NCBI GenBank assembly: GCA_002633005.1 | Contig: NMRA01000011.1 | Span: 713,931 to 777,930, forward strand | Source of the DNA: Phoronis australis | Taxonomy: Eukaryota; Animalia; Phoronida | Length of the DNA stretch: 64,000 bases | Reading direction: 5' to 3' | The notes under the pieces: generated by a model | Told to the model about the DNA's origin: nothing | What the model saw: only the letters and a program-made list of their open reading frames with translations | Databases searched by the model: none | Shown: positions 49,961 to 62,745 of the stretch, piece after piece | Layout: each line of letters starts with the position of its first letter | How positions within the stretch are numbered: the first letter of the stretch is position 1 | Program-made: the position numbers and the translations under genes

Positions 49961-52900
49961 TTTATTGGCTTAGGAACTAGATTACTGGGTTTACGTTTAC
50001 AAACCGTAGATCAAAAACGAAGTGTAAGCACTTAAATAAATAAAATCAAACTTATTGGTCATCAACTTGGAAAGGATGTCTTTGAACTTACTTGATCATT
50101 TTGGTTTCCAGTAGTATAGCGCGATGAATTTTTGTTCTTCAAACTTTGCTTGCATTTCCCGTGTATACTACACACACTGCATGCGCGCATCCAGCCTAAA
50201 ATACAGGGGGCTCGAATTTTTTAGGATGAGTACCATTTACTAAAGAAAAAAACAAATACGGGGTTCTTTCAGGGCTATAAATTGTGCATACGCTGAATCC
50301 TGGCATTTTAGTGAACTTTTGTCTTGTTTTTCTCGGATTTTTGTTTCCCTGAGGCGGACCTTTTTGCCCACTTTGCCATCGAGCCTCCCGACCCCCCCGT
50401 AGGTGCGCGAATGCACGGAGCACGTCATGACAGGCGCACCCACGTTAAAAATAAGATGTAACCATGCAGTAGACCTGCTTAGTTACCCACGGCAACTGCA
50501 TTTGAACCCCAGACATTGAAGTGTGTACATTTTTGGGACACACATCATTTTCCCAACAACCAGAAGCTGGACTACCGGCTGTGTTTCACCAAGGGATTCT
50601 GAAACGGCCACAAAGGCATTCATACCTGGCACCTCGGGATCTCACCTTTCCAAAAATTACTTCAAAGAATCCCCATAATAAAATGAAGTTTTCCCCCAAA
50701 TGGATCATAATAAAAGAAACCTTGACCTTCGACCCAGCCACCCGTCAGTGCACTCGGTGCCTAGACGCATTCTTACTCTCCGTGAATCTTTCTTGGTTTG
50801 TTGCTTCACGGTTACTCAAATCCTGATGGCTGCATCCCCGGTATTAACCCCACTTATGGCGGACGTGGGGGGTGGGGTTCGGTACAAATATGGTGACATC
50901 CAGAGAACGGGGGGGGGGCGTGACGATANCCCCAATATTGTTTCCTTCCTACGGGCCTGAAAAGGGATTGCTTTAAATTTCAGGCTGTCAAACTGAAAGT
51001 GCGTTCATGTGGGTCACGGTATTAACGACAACAAAAGTAATTTTCCAAGATCGACTCCAGCGAGGAATCGAAACTGAGACAATCGCGGTTGCAGTCCAAC
51101 GTTCTTGTGGTGGAGCGCAACGCAATACCGGTTTCTATTTCAGCGAATGGCTGGCAGACAACGGAGAGATTTGGCGAGTTGTAATGCAACCAACAAAACA
51201 CATTTATGGTCAAAGCTAATACTTTAGTTTCTCCCGATCATCAATTAAACCCAAAATGTTTTTTTCGTTCGTAAAACGGACAACGTCCTTTTTCAAATAC
51301 ACAATAAGTTTTTAGTCTAAATATAATTTGTCCCTTTAAAAGGATTCCAAACCCAGATTTGGCCTGTAAACATACACTAAAAACTACTTTCCCATCCAGT
51401 TTTCTGAAACAAAATAAAGCTCTGCAACCCTCGACAGCATTCAAATGTTTGGGAAAAATTGAAATCTCCTTTCAAAGTATGCAAAATGGACAAGCGTGTC
51501 CTACACTTTTAGCGAACTACACCGCACCTGTTCGGAAAAAACACCCACCAAGGACCAGAATGTTCAATGTGTGACATTGCGAATACGAGTTTTTAGTTGA
51601 TTCCTGCCCCTTTAACTAGGAAGATCGACGTCAATGATGCATTAGCAGGTGACAGAAACAATCCTCAGTCCGATGCTGCCCCAGCATTGTCAAAAATAGG
51701 CACTGAGAGACATTTTAATGTGTCATCATAGCGTGTAATATCGAGGTGATAGTACATCTTAATCACATTTAGGCCAGAGCAGAAGCACGAACTTTAAATT
51801 AGCGCGGAAGTAAATAACGATATATCTACCCAAAGTTTCGGTTCATTACTCTGAACCATTCTCAAAGAAACAGTTCACAGACTGCATTTTGACGTGTACC
51901 TCTCTTCACTACCTGTGTCGCCCGTTTTGAGTCTGTAAACTGTAATAAACCGAAACGTTGGACAGATATGTGGATTTTTACTTACCCGCTAGTACATCTT
52001 AAATTCTGCTATTTCGAAAATTTGGTCCAAGCTCCAATTTTGGGCGAAATAATTGAATTTTCACTGTCCCAAACTGGTTCAGTGACGTTTTTAGATAGCA
52101 GTGACAATGACAATCTTATAAGATATTTTTCCACTGTTGAGTGTTCCAAGAAACCGTTTTCCTGACATTACAAGACACCTGTCAATCATTTAACAGGCTT
52201 CTACCAGTTACCTAAAGCCTAGTGGGAACTACTCTCCACCATGGTATCCCTAAGTTATGGCTTTTCATGGAGATTTTGGGGGAAATTGACAAACAGAGTT
52301 TGGCTTTCCGTAAGTGATACAAATTAAACAGTTACATGGACACCATTAATTTGCAGCAAGTCTGATGAATACAACAAGTACTGGGGAAAATTGTATTGAG
52401 TACGAGATACAACGAAACATGCAAGGCGTAATATTCACACAGTGGCAAGATTCATGTCACTACAAACACAACACAGCTCTTGTATCCCAAATATCAATTT
52501 TCTTAACATCTGGATACAGCGCTTCGTTGTCTTGCAATGTGCATCATTTACAGATCAAACTCACGACAGTTCGATTATTCAGAAAAGTACAGAGTATAAA
52601 AGAGTACAGAGAATATTCTTTAAGCCATGTACTTTGTCACATGACTGCACTTTATCTCCAATAGTTCGTTTAAATAAAGGATAGTAACAGTTTGAATACT
52701 CGAAGTATCTTCATAAAACTTGTCTTTCTGCAAAAAATAATTTGTACTAACAAGTACCTCCGACTTGATATAAGAGCAACTGCAAGACTTATATTACTTT
52801 GTTCTTCAAAATAAACTGACCAGCATCAAAATTCAGTCAAGACAAATGTCCATTTCTTTTTGACAAGAACTAGAAAGATTATTGTCAGGGGGTGACAATA

Positions 52901-53092
52901 ATGGACTCTGGCGTGGGTATTACAGGAATTGACCTATCGCCAGGATTACGATTGGCGAATTAACTGATCAAACAGAACACAGCATTCTTGACACACCTTG
53001 GTCTGCTTTGCTAAGCCGCCATTTTACCCGACAGAGTACGTTGGCGTCTATAGTTTATTTTAGTTTATACATCAAGAAATTTTGCCATTATA

Positions 53093-53312
53093 ATGGTAAA
53101 ACGGTGCTGCTATGGCGTCTGCAAGTCTGACAGCCGGTATGTGGCTACAGAGAAAAATTCTGTCTCATTTTGGCCACTTCTCAAACCGAAAACTCATCTC
53201 GAGCAGTGTAAGCTATGGATAAAACTCTGCATGTGGACGGCCACACGTACAGCTCAACTTGACAATGTTGCCTGATTATCCCAAGGCTAAGCATAAATAT
53301 ATTTGTTCCAAC
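53093..53312 (+). pseudogene. Isolated THAP domain remnant (transposase N-terminus)
   Basis: MVKRCCYGVCKSDSRY...KPK...CKLWIKLC, then frameshifted GRPHVQLN...KYICS. Confidence 0.7.
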
Positions 53313-53967
53313 CTAAGTATATTTTTCAGTTTGGTGGCTGCAGTGTAGGCGTATCTGATTTCGACTATGCAGTTTCACTGGTCTGGCGGCATTTGTCTTA
53401 GCACCTGTTTGACCCTAGCCAGCCAGCGAGCTGTATGAAGACTGTCGTCAAAATATATTTAGTATACGGCTTTGAACCAAGGCTAGGTTTACCCCAGCAC
53501 TGACAATGGCACTAGCCCCAGCGGTAGTTAATGGCCCTATTATATTGAACATCGTTTTGTTTTGTAGCAAAGTGAAAACCATTTTTATTTTTATTTTATA
53601 TTCATATACCAATAGGGTGGTGCGTAACTGAACTTCTGTCCAAAATTGTTATATTTAGTTCGATGGACATAGTTGGGAGGGTTACTGCCCTTTTACTGAA
53701 CTAAAAGCCTTGTTCGAGCTGTCACGAAAACGTAAATTTCTTTTTGTTGAGAACCTCTGGTTTACACTTCGTCTATGGAGTTGGAGAGGTGTCCTTTTGT
53801 AGTTGATCAAACAGGATATTTTAATTTATGAAGCTTCAAAAGTATATTTTGTAAATCACTGCCCCCCCCCCCCAAAAAAATATTTTTGCACAAAAACCAC
53901 CAAATAAAATCTTATGGCTTATTGCATCCCAGTTGTACAAAAGGGTACGTATACTGTGTATACATCG

Positions 53968-54897
53968 GTGACCTAAAGTCGTGAATATAAGCATAATAAG
54001 CAGTGGATTGTCATACTACCCAATATCCGTTTGCAACTGCTCATGTGATGCCATGGACATATATCAGCCTTCACAAATATACGTGTTTTGACAATCTTAA
54101 TCCTTGTTTGTATCCGTAAGCAGAGTTTTAAAACAGTCGCTGATATCGCCGGCAATTTTGAATGAGGCCCTAAAGTCGTGAACATTTCGTTTAGACGGAA
54201 ATGCACGAAGTATGACCACACAAGTCAACTACAGTGCTTATAATTACTCTAGACGACATCAAAATGCATTGCATTGTTTATTAATTCAGTTTCAATTGAA
54301 ATAAATCGTTATATGTTTTGCAAACAACTTTGATGTGCACAGACGTTTTCAATGAGGTTGTTCACCTAAAACGCTAAGAACCCAGCATCAATTATCGCTC
54401 TGTATTTTATTGTTTTGTCCTTACGACCCTGGGACATTTTGATACATTGTTCAAGCTACCCCTGGAGCGCGTGTTTGAGTAAATCTGAACGATAAATATT
54501 TTCGAAAATATGTCCCAAAAATGCACAAAAAAGTGAATTAGTGAAATATGCTGTTTTTAAGATACATTTGAAAAAAGAAGCCACTCACTGACTGTTTGTT
54601 ATCATGTTGTGAATACAAACATGTCCGGGTATTCGTTTGACGCTGGAAACTTCAACGCCAACTTCCCGTTCAGTAACGCTAGGACCTCGCTAAAAAGCAA
54701 GACTTCACGAGATTACGTGAGATATTGCCATGTATTTTAAATACGAGCACGTGACTTTGACTACATTTTAGCTAGATCCTAGCGTGGGTCCTAGCGTAGG
54801 TCCTAGCGTCTACTGAACGCACGCCAGATGTTGCAGGACCGCGAAGAAGTGGAAATACGATCGTTCACGACTTTAGGGCACTCACGACTTTAGGACC
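53968..54897. repeat. Inverted-repeat element with CCTAAAGTCGTGA motifs
   Basis: Motif at ~53972 and ~54169, reverse complement twice at ~54865-54895. Internal TCCTAGCGT x3 at ~54777-54809. Confidence 0.5.
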
Positions 54898-56844
54898 AAC
54901 TTGTGGTCACAGCCAACTTCATACATAAGGTAGCTGTTAATTTAACAAGTTCTTGATCAAATTGAAGAAGTATCACATACTAAAGTAAGAAAAGTTATTA
55001 CCGTACTGATCAAGTTGTTCTAGATGATGATACATTGCATATCTTAACACAGTATTAATGAGAACCGTTCCTCTCTTGCAATATTCCGCGTAGTCGATAC
55101 GCGTAATGATGTCTCGTGGAATATTCCTTCATGTAGGCTTCGCCACTCTCGGCACGTTTTGTGTATGTATGAAGTTCAGGCTCAACGCACGTGATATTTT
55201 ATGAATACCGTAGTCTACCACAGACGTGCCCATTTTATAAAAATGTGCAGCGCAGAGAAATGTGTACACAAATTACACCCGGCTACGCAGCTACTGTTTT
55301 AGACTCGCCTTTTCGGGCTTAGTTTTCTCAATTTGGTCAAGTATAAATAATGCCACAGGTTTGGAAGTCTAGCGAAATATTTCTACCCTAATAATATGAC
55401 AGTCCCTCAGGAAACTTGAGCACCCAGCGTAAAAATGCAAATGACGAAATCGCGATGGATGAAAATCATCCACTTTGTTAATTTACCTCACTGACACAAT
55501 TTTGTTAAGTTGGGTTACTAATTCTTGTTCAGGAAACGTGAACATAACAGAGGATGATTATGTTATAATCCACCGATGTTTTTAAACTATTGCGAATGTC
55601 GCACATTCCACGTTTCGTCAAATTTTTTGAAAACCGCCGTTTTCAAAAATTGGAAGTAAAGCCAGCATATGTGAGTAGCATTGGTTTGAGACTGATCAGA
55701 ATGGGCACGAATAAGCAAATTCACTGTATCAACAGACTGGCCCAAATAAAAATAAGATACAAAACCTTGCTACAATGCACACGTGCATGTTGACTCAGCC
55801 TGTCATTTTCCCGCCGTAAGCGCCTGAGCCAATCAGATAATCAAGGACGCGAAGCTTTTCGAAAACAAGCTGGATTCTAAGGGAGTCCTGTTACTCTTCC
55901 TACACAATAAATTCATTTTCAAAAAATTGTAGTGTAACAATAAAATTTACATTCTGTTCAAGTCGATGAGGCCAGTTCATCTAAATACAATCAACACGGT
56001 TAAGAATGTTTAATTATAAACATACGGAAGTTAGACCAGTGAATTCGTTGCCGAGGCGCATTTTTAATCCGTTCAAAATTAATGAATTTCTGAAACATAA
56101 CAATATATAAGCATCTTTTGCATTCACAGATGCTCTGTATAATTTGTGAACAAATACGCTTTTGTAATTTTTCGAGTACATGAACGTGAACCCTGAATCT
56201 CGAGCTGTCTGGAGGCGGAGAACTAATTATATGCACAGGCGCTTGGGTTTATCGCAAATAACGTCACAATATATATATTTATTATAAGAAAACATAAAGG
56301 TTGGACACTCGAAATCTATTTCCTCAAAATTTTCTACTCAAATGTGCATGGAACTCCACGAAACTAGCATCGAACAACTCTTAGAATACCTTCTTTCATT
56401 TGATTTCTTCAAATTGCCTTCGAGTGGTGATTTGGCGACAAAAATCCCAAAAGAATGCCAAAATCACAAATTTCAAGGACGTGATTCCGTGATGTCATGG
56501 CAGACGGTCTTCGCACATCCGGGTTTTTGACGGACGCTCCCGAGCTAAATCCGAAAGTCTAATTTCGCGCGGCTTTCGCCGTCAATCCATCGACTACTTT
56601 GATCATGAGAAGCAGAGAGCACTTTATTGCCAAATAAATGTAATTACTCACATATTTGTGTCAAATATAAATTATCCAAATACTGGATTGATGTGCGAAG
56701 TTATGTTGTGTAATGTGAATTCTCATGAAGGTTTTGCTTTTGGCCAAAACCATTGAGTTATGGCTCTTCGGCCACGTGCATTGTAATACTCGCACGTACT
56801 GCGTTTCTTGGAGTTCGATCGTTTTTTAGCTTACTAAATGTAAC

Positions 56845-59800
56845 ATGTCAGAAGCAGATGTCCTTCGAGCAGTGCTTACTGGTCATAATATTTTACTTTG
56901 CGGGCAACCAGGGACTGGAAAATCTACACTAATCAAAAAGGTTGTGACACACGAACAGTTATTGGCAAAAAATGTTGCTTTAACCGCACCGACTGGAATT
57001 GCATCGTCAAACATTGGAGGACAAATTTTACATCACTATTGTGGCCTCAGAGATGGGAGATATTCAAACGAGGAGCTCTTCCACAAAATTAATGAGGAAC
57101 TGGACTTCATTGATCTAAAGAAAAAATTGACAACACTCGACTTAATAATTGATGAGGTATCCACATTATCTTGGAAAACATTTATGCAAGTGGAATATAT
57201 ATTTCGTAAACTAAGAGGAAAAGAGCAGCCGTTTGGTGGTTTGCAGGTTATGCTGTCCGGTGACTTCTTCCAACTGAAGCCAGTGCCCTGTGAAGTATAT
57301 GGTGACCCCGGCGAAAGTGTTGCTCTACATGAACAAGAGCTAAAGAAACTGGTTCCGCACGTATTCATTTTAAGAAACGTACACAGACAAAACCAGAGTA
57401 AGTCACTGCCCGTTAAGATCAAAATGATTCGTTTTTACGCTGAAGTTCGCCCTGGTTATCTTGAAACATTATGTTTCATGTAATTACTTTCTGTGAATGC
57501 GGGCGCGGCTCATTCGGCAACAATTTAATATCGGGTTACCGCGGCAATGTTTACTCTATAACCTTTCGATTTTCATGAGCATAAAAATCACAATTTATGA
57601 ATAGTAATCTAATCAAGCCAATCCATCACTACTTATTTATTAGAGGTTTCGCTTAAAGTGATGGTCAGTAACAAGTACATGTAGTTTAACATTTCCTTCT
57701 CTTGTCCTTCAGTTGATCTAGTAACAGCCATCCATCAGCTGAGCACTGGAAATTTGACGGACAACTCAAGGTCGTTAATGCGTAGAATGGAAAGAAATTT
57801 GCCTCCCGGAAAAACACCAATAAAAATATTTGCGACAAATTACGACGTGGAAAGAACGAACTCGCATTGTCTACTTGACATGCCTGGTGAGTGACATGTC
57901 CACTAAGGTGTTGAAAAGATGTCACTGAGACTGTTAACCATTATATTGTAAGTTAATAAAATGGACAAATAATTGGTACACATTCGACACGGCCAAATCG
58001 AATCTAGTTGATAGCGACAAGAAATATAATTTTGTTAATAATATTAACCACGTTTCAAATGTTAAACACTCGACGCATGCACGCACCCAGAAATATAGCG
58101 GGGCTCGAATTTATAGTTATAGGACCTTTTACCGAACAAAATCAACGAGGACAGGACTCTAGGTTCAGGCTTACGAATTGTGCATCATCTGCGCCCATTT
58201 GCTGTGTCTTTTGTGGACTTTTGTTTCGTTTACTCTGACTTTCGTAGCGAATCTGCTGTCCATTTCTAAGGAACATCCTCTGCCCCTGGTTTTAAATCAG
58301 AGTTTTCCTTCTCCTAGACAAACTGCCTGCCAAGGCTTACGAGTTCTGTCTACCCGGGTTTGAAATCAGAGTTTTCCCTTCTCCTAGGTTGAGTTGGTTC
58401 ACGGCACCTTATTCCGTATTATTCGGTGCAACCCCCATATAGAAGGGCTTCCCCCATCCACCACCCGGGGGACGCGCCTCCACGCCATACAACCACAGCG
58501 CGAGGGTTCCACGATGCGATAGCTTGCACACGTAAAACATCATGGGCACTTTATTTAACATTACAGGGGAGTCAAAGGTATATTGCAGTGAGGACTGGGG
58601 CGACAAAGAAGCTCTGGTGCAACATTGCCCGACAACCAAAGACCTGTATTTAAAAGTAGGCGCGCCGGTGATGCTGCAAGTGAATCTGAGTAAGACGCTG
58701 GTGAACGGAAGTTTAGGAACCGTACATGAGTTAATGGACGACTATGTTGTTGTTAATTTTGAAGATTTGGGCAAGCTCATCAAGGTTTATAAATATCATT
58801 TCACATCCTACAGTCCAGCAAAGAAGGTTGACGTTGCCGGAAGAAAGCAAATCCCGCTGAAGCTTGCATTTGCTCTAACAGTGCACAAAGTGCAAGGGCT
58901 TAGCCTTGATAGAGTTGAAATGTTTTTTCCAGGACAATTGGCTGTGGCTGTGTCCCGAGTCAAGTCAAAATGTGGGCTCAGAGTAATCAATTTTAGAGAT
59001 GCGTTTGTGCCAAAGCAACCCGACTATGTATACGAGTTTTATAACTCAAAATTTGTAGAGATATGTGAAGATCGTAGTTGTTGCAAAACGGTCGTTTCAG
59101 AGTTTAATGCTCTTGTAGATGCGGATGTAATTGAACATTCTATAGAAGAATATGATTGCGAAGAATATTTTTCTGATGATGAAATTTTAGTCGATGCCCA
59201 CTTCCCATCAGATGCCGATCACACCTATTGTGATTTGCCAACAGATCTTAGCAACATGAAACAAGTTTTGGACGTTATAGAAGTGTCCATTCCACATGAT
59301 CTACCGTCTTCTAAGCAGAGCATAGATGTACTGGAATTCTTGAAAAACCATGAGGTTGATCTGAAGAGATTTGTTCAGTACAACTACAAAGTATTTCACG
59401 GTATCTATGTACGGCATGTTGATTCCGATAAGAAGATCAATACATTGTCTCTGTATTCAGAAATAAACTTGCATCACCGAAGCTGTGCTTACGCAGCAAG
59501 TGTAAAGGAATTATTTGGTGAAAACAATCTGGGTAAAACTCATAATGTAATCGCATACCTAATTTGCAATGAGATTCACAAGTCTGTATCGCGCTTGAGT
59601 ATTTCAGACATCAGAGCTAAAGCTGTGGATATTGCCAATGAATCAACTAAGCTTTTTGTCCAGTTCCCTCATGGGAAAGGTAAGATAAGATATGTAGGTG
59701 GTTGGGCTATTGCAAAGGTGCAACACCAAAAGAAGCAATATGTTGTTAATTCACTGTATAAGGCACATCTGAAAGACAAAAGCTGCAAATGCCACAAACA

Positions 59801-60422
59801 AGTCACGTTGTTAGAGAGAACCAATGAGTCTGAAACAAAATTGAATTCTTCCTCGAAGGACAAGGAATCTCTTGGAATTACATCTGAAAAACAGAATTTA
59901 AGGAGATCACTACTCAACATCACAGATGATACGTACGACTATTTTTTGAAATTAGACTGCATGGTTAGAGGCTTGGAGACCGTAGGGAATGTTAATGTTC
60001 TTAGTGGTAGTCTTTACAAGGATATGTCCAGTAAACTGAAATCTGACAAATGCCTCATCGCCATGTGGTTGAAATGCGTAGTTTCCTGTGACGAAGAAAA
60101 TGAAATCGCTCTTGAAGTCATGAGTGAGGTTATCGACAAGTACCTGAGGATGTCGGCTGGGCAATTCAGGAAAGAACTTCAAAGAATGTACACGGTTAAA
60201 CGTAAAATGGAACACAGGAAAGTTGTCGATGGCAGCAAATCCAAAGTAAAGGTTTCAAAATCTGACAGTTATCCTTGTGGAGTCTGTACGAAAGAGTATG
60301 TGACTGAATGCGTCTGTTGTGATGGCTGTGATCGCTGGCACCATTATGTTTGTGTAGGTGTTTTTAGTGAAAGTCAGCTGAGCGAAACATGGTTTTGTAG
60401 CGGTTGTAATAACAGAAAATGA
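56845..60422 (+). CDS. PIF1-family helicase with C-terminal PHD finger (3 exons, ~860 aa)
   Basis: Exons 56845-57397, 57713-57886 and 58567-60422 join in frame (both introns phase 1, GT-AG). Motifs GQPGTGKS, TAPTGIAS, IIDEVS, PFGGLQVMLSGDFFQLKPV, HRQ, IFATNYDVERTN, LKVGAPVML, QIPLKLAFALTVHKVQG, GQLAVAVSR. C-terminal C4HC3 finger ending WFCSGC. Confidence 0.88.
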
Positions 60423-62545
60423 ATTAAGTTTCAATGTTTTGTGAAATAACAAAACGATGTATATTTGTCGAAAAAGTGACAACTCACGAGAGACGATTGT
60501 CTGCCTATGGTGCTTCGGCGACTTGCTTCAGTGCATTACAACGAATAGGACCACCTCAAGTAGGGGTAACGATGTTAATCTGTAGATGTTTTGGTTACAA
60601 GTGAAGCGTTTAGGTGTTGGCAATTGATTAATATTACCCTATTACGGTGTTCAATATGTGTTGTTATCTGAAAATACTGTGTTCAACACTATCGCAATAT
60701 TTAATTTACTTAGTCAAATTAGGGTCAGCTTATGTCTTTGAATAGGGCGGTCGAAGTCTGCTATTTTTGTTTTAGATCAAAGTAAATACCAATTTTTTTT
60801 TAAATTCTTCATCCGGTTATTTATAGCTCAAACCCCCCTTAAAATATTGAGATTTCACATGCGTTATGTGAATGTATCTAAAACCTCTTTTGAAATCTTG
60901 GCCAGTGACGTCATTCCGCGTGTCGTTGACTTTGCCGTGCTGAACATAATTATAAAATTTTCAACACGCGAGAAAATCTAATCCATCAAACAAAACTAAC
61001 ATTAACAGATCCAGAAACACTCCGTATCCCAAATCTAAATCTTTTAACGGACTTCAAATACATTTTCATACTCAACGGAACATTTGTTTTCGACACTGAG
61101 TTCAAAATTCACAAGAAAAGAACACCTTCGTAAGGAACAATTTTAAATGTGTCACAAGCGCTCAACACACAGACAAGTGATCAGTTTTCCGACTTTGCCC
61201 ACATGGAATATTCCTTACCAAGGGGTGTGAAGTGTATATGGAAAAATAAGGTCAAATTTTTGTAATATGGATGAAGAACTTGTCTTTATTTATTTTTGTT
61301 CGAAGTTCTTTTTGTTACATGAAAGTTTAATAAGGAATTCGAGTAAAAACAAAATATTCCTTCATAAGGTTTTATGAGCAACCCATCCCCTCTACATAAT
61401 GAACCAATCGTTATACAAATGTAACTGGAGTTGAGCACGCAAAAGATACAATGGTTGATGAAACATGTGGATTTCCCAGTGTCTAGGTTTGTCATTGTTG
61501 CCGAGCAAACAAATTACTGTCTTTGTATCACTTCATGCCTATTTTTAGCACAATTGTTAACAGCGAAGACCAGTTTCATTTCAAGTAGAATTTTCATAAA
61601 TTTTAACAAGTTATTGAGTATTTTCTGGTCACTCAATCATTGAAATGAAAGAACAAATCTGAGGACCGCTATGATTTAATAATTTAGGTATTCCACAGTT
61701 TAAATCAAAATCAAGTGCTCCCAGACGGTACTCTAGTGTGAAATACTTTCAACTTACAATACATCAGTCGAAAATGAAATAATCTCAGTACAGTAAGCCA
61801 AAATGATCCAACCTTTTACCATAATAAGTAACAGTACGTTAGAACATTTAAGCGAAACGTTATCCAACTACACAGATGAATCTTCATGATATGAAAGTAG
61901 ACATGCATACGACTATTACATGAACACGGAGTAGTGTTTCCTTACATCAGAATTTGACAACCGTGATTTAAAAAATATGAAATTGCAAGGAACAAGGATT
62001 GGAGGTTTGAATCTTCACAATCAAGCAGCCTATTTCTCTAAATCAAGATTCTTCACATTGTTGCCCTGATAACCTGAAGTAAGAAAGCAAGTTACAAAAC
62101 ATGACTTCAAAGCACAGTTTAGACATGAAATGTAGATAAATATGATTCATTTTGTGAACCATAATAAAGCCTTGAATTGCAGTTGACTGTCAAACAAAAA
62201 ACCATTGAAAAATATATTTCTGAACAACTATTTTTTAGCTTATTAAGATAACCTGAATGAGAAATACGCAGTAAAATATTTAGAATATTCCAATTTTTTG
62301 CACAAAAACGTAATAATTGAACAAAGTTGTGTTTTTGTAGTAGCTTTTGTCGAAATGATTATGATGCATTATCTTTCCCATGAAAGCATTTTTAGAAAAC
62401 GAGAAAAAAAAATGTTCGATCGCCCTACTTTTAATAAACGAATGGCTCATTACTGCTTAAGATGATGATTTAAAACATTGTTAAAAACTGCGTTGAGTCA
62501 TTTTATTTACAAAAAATAACATCTTCGTAAAGAACGATTTTGGAG

Positions 62546-62745
62546 GAGGCAGTGTGGCCTGGTTGATAAGGGCCCGCTTTCTTTACTCCAGGTTGTGGAT
62601 TCAAGTCCCACCAGGTCACACTGCTAAACCCTTGAGCCAGGTTTCTAGCTCCTCAGCTCGGTTTTAACCATATATCAATAAAGCAGAAAAATATTTCCAG
62701 GTGATCAGTGCAATGGGCCCATATGCAAGGCCTGCGCACGTCAGG
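62546..62745 (+). mobile_element. tRNA-derived SINE fragment
   Basis: A-box-like TGGCCTGGTTG and B-box-like GGATTCAAGTCC followed by CCCTTGAGC. No complete cloverleaf; 3' end approximate. Confidence 0.6.

Noticed and set aside
56845-60422. Helitron RepHel or the host PIF1 orthologue
   Set aside because: No HUH/Y2 Rep motifs upstream and no N-terminal domain before the helicase. The PHD tail is not a feature of canonical PIF1, so no gene symbol was given.
62546-62620. tRNA gene
   Set aside because: A and B boxes are present, but the acceptor and anticodon stems do not pair and a SINE-like body follows.
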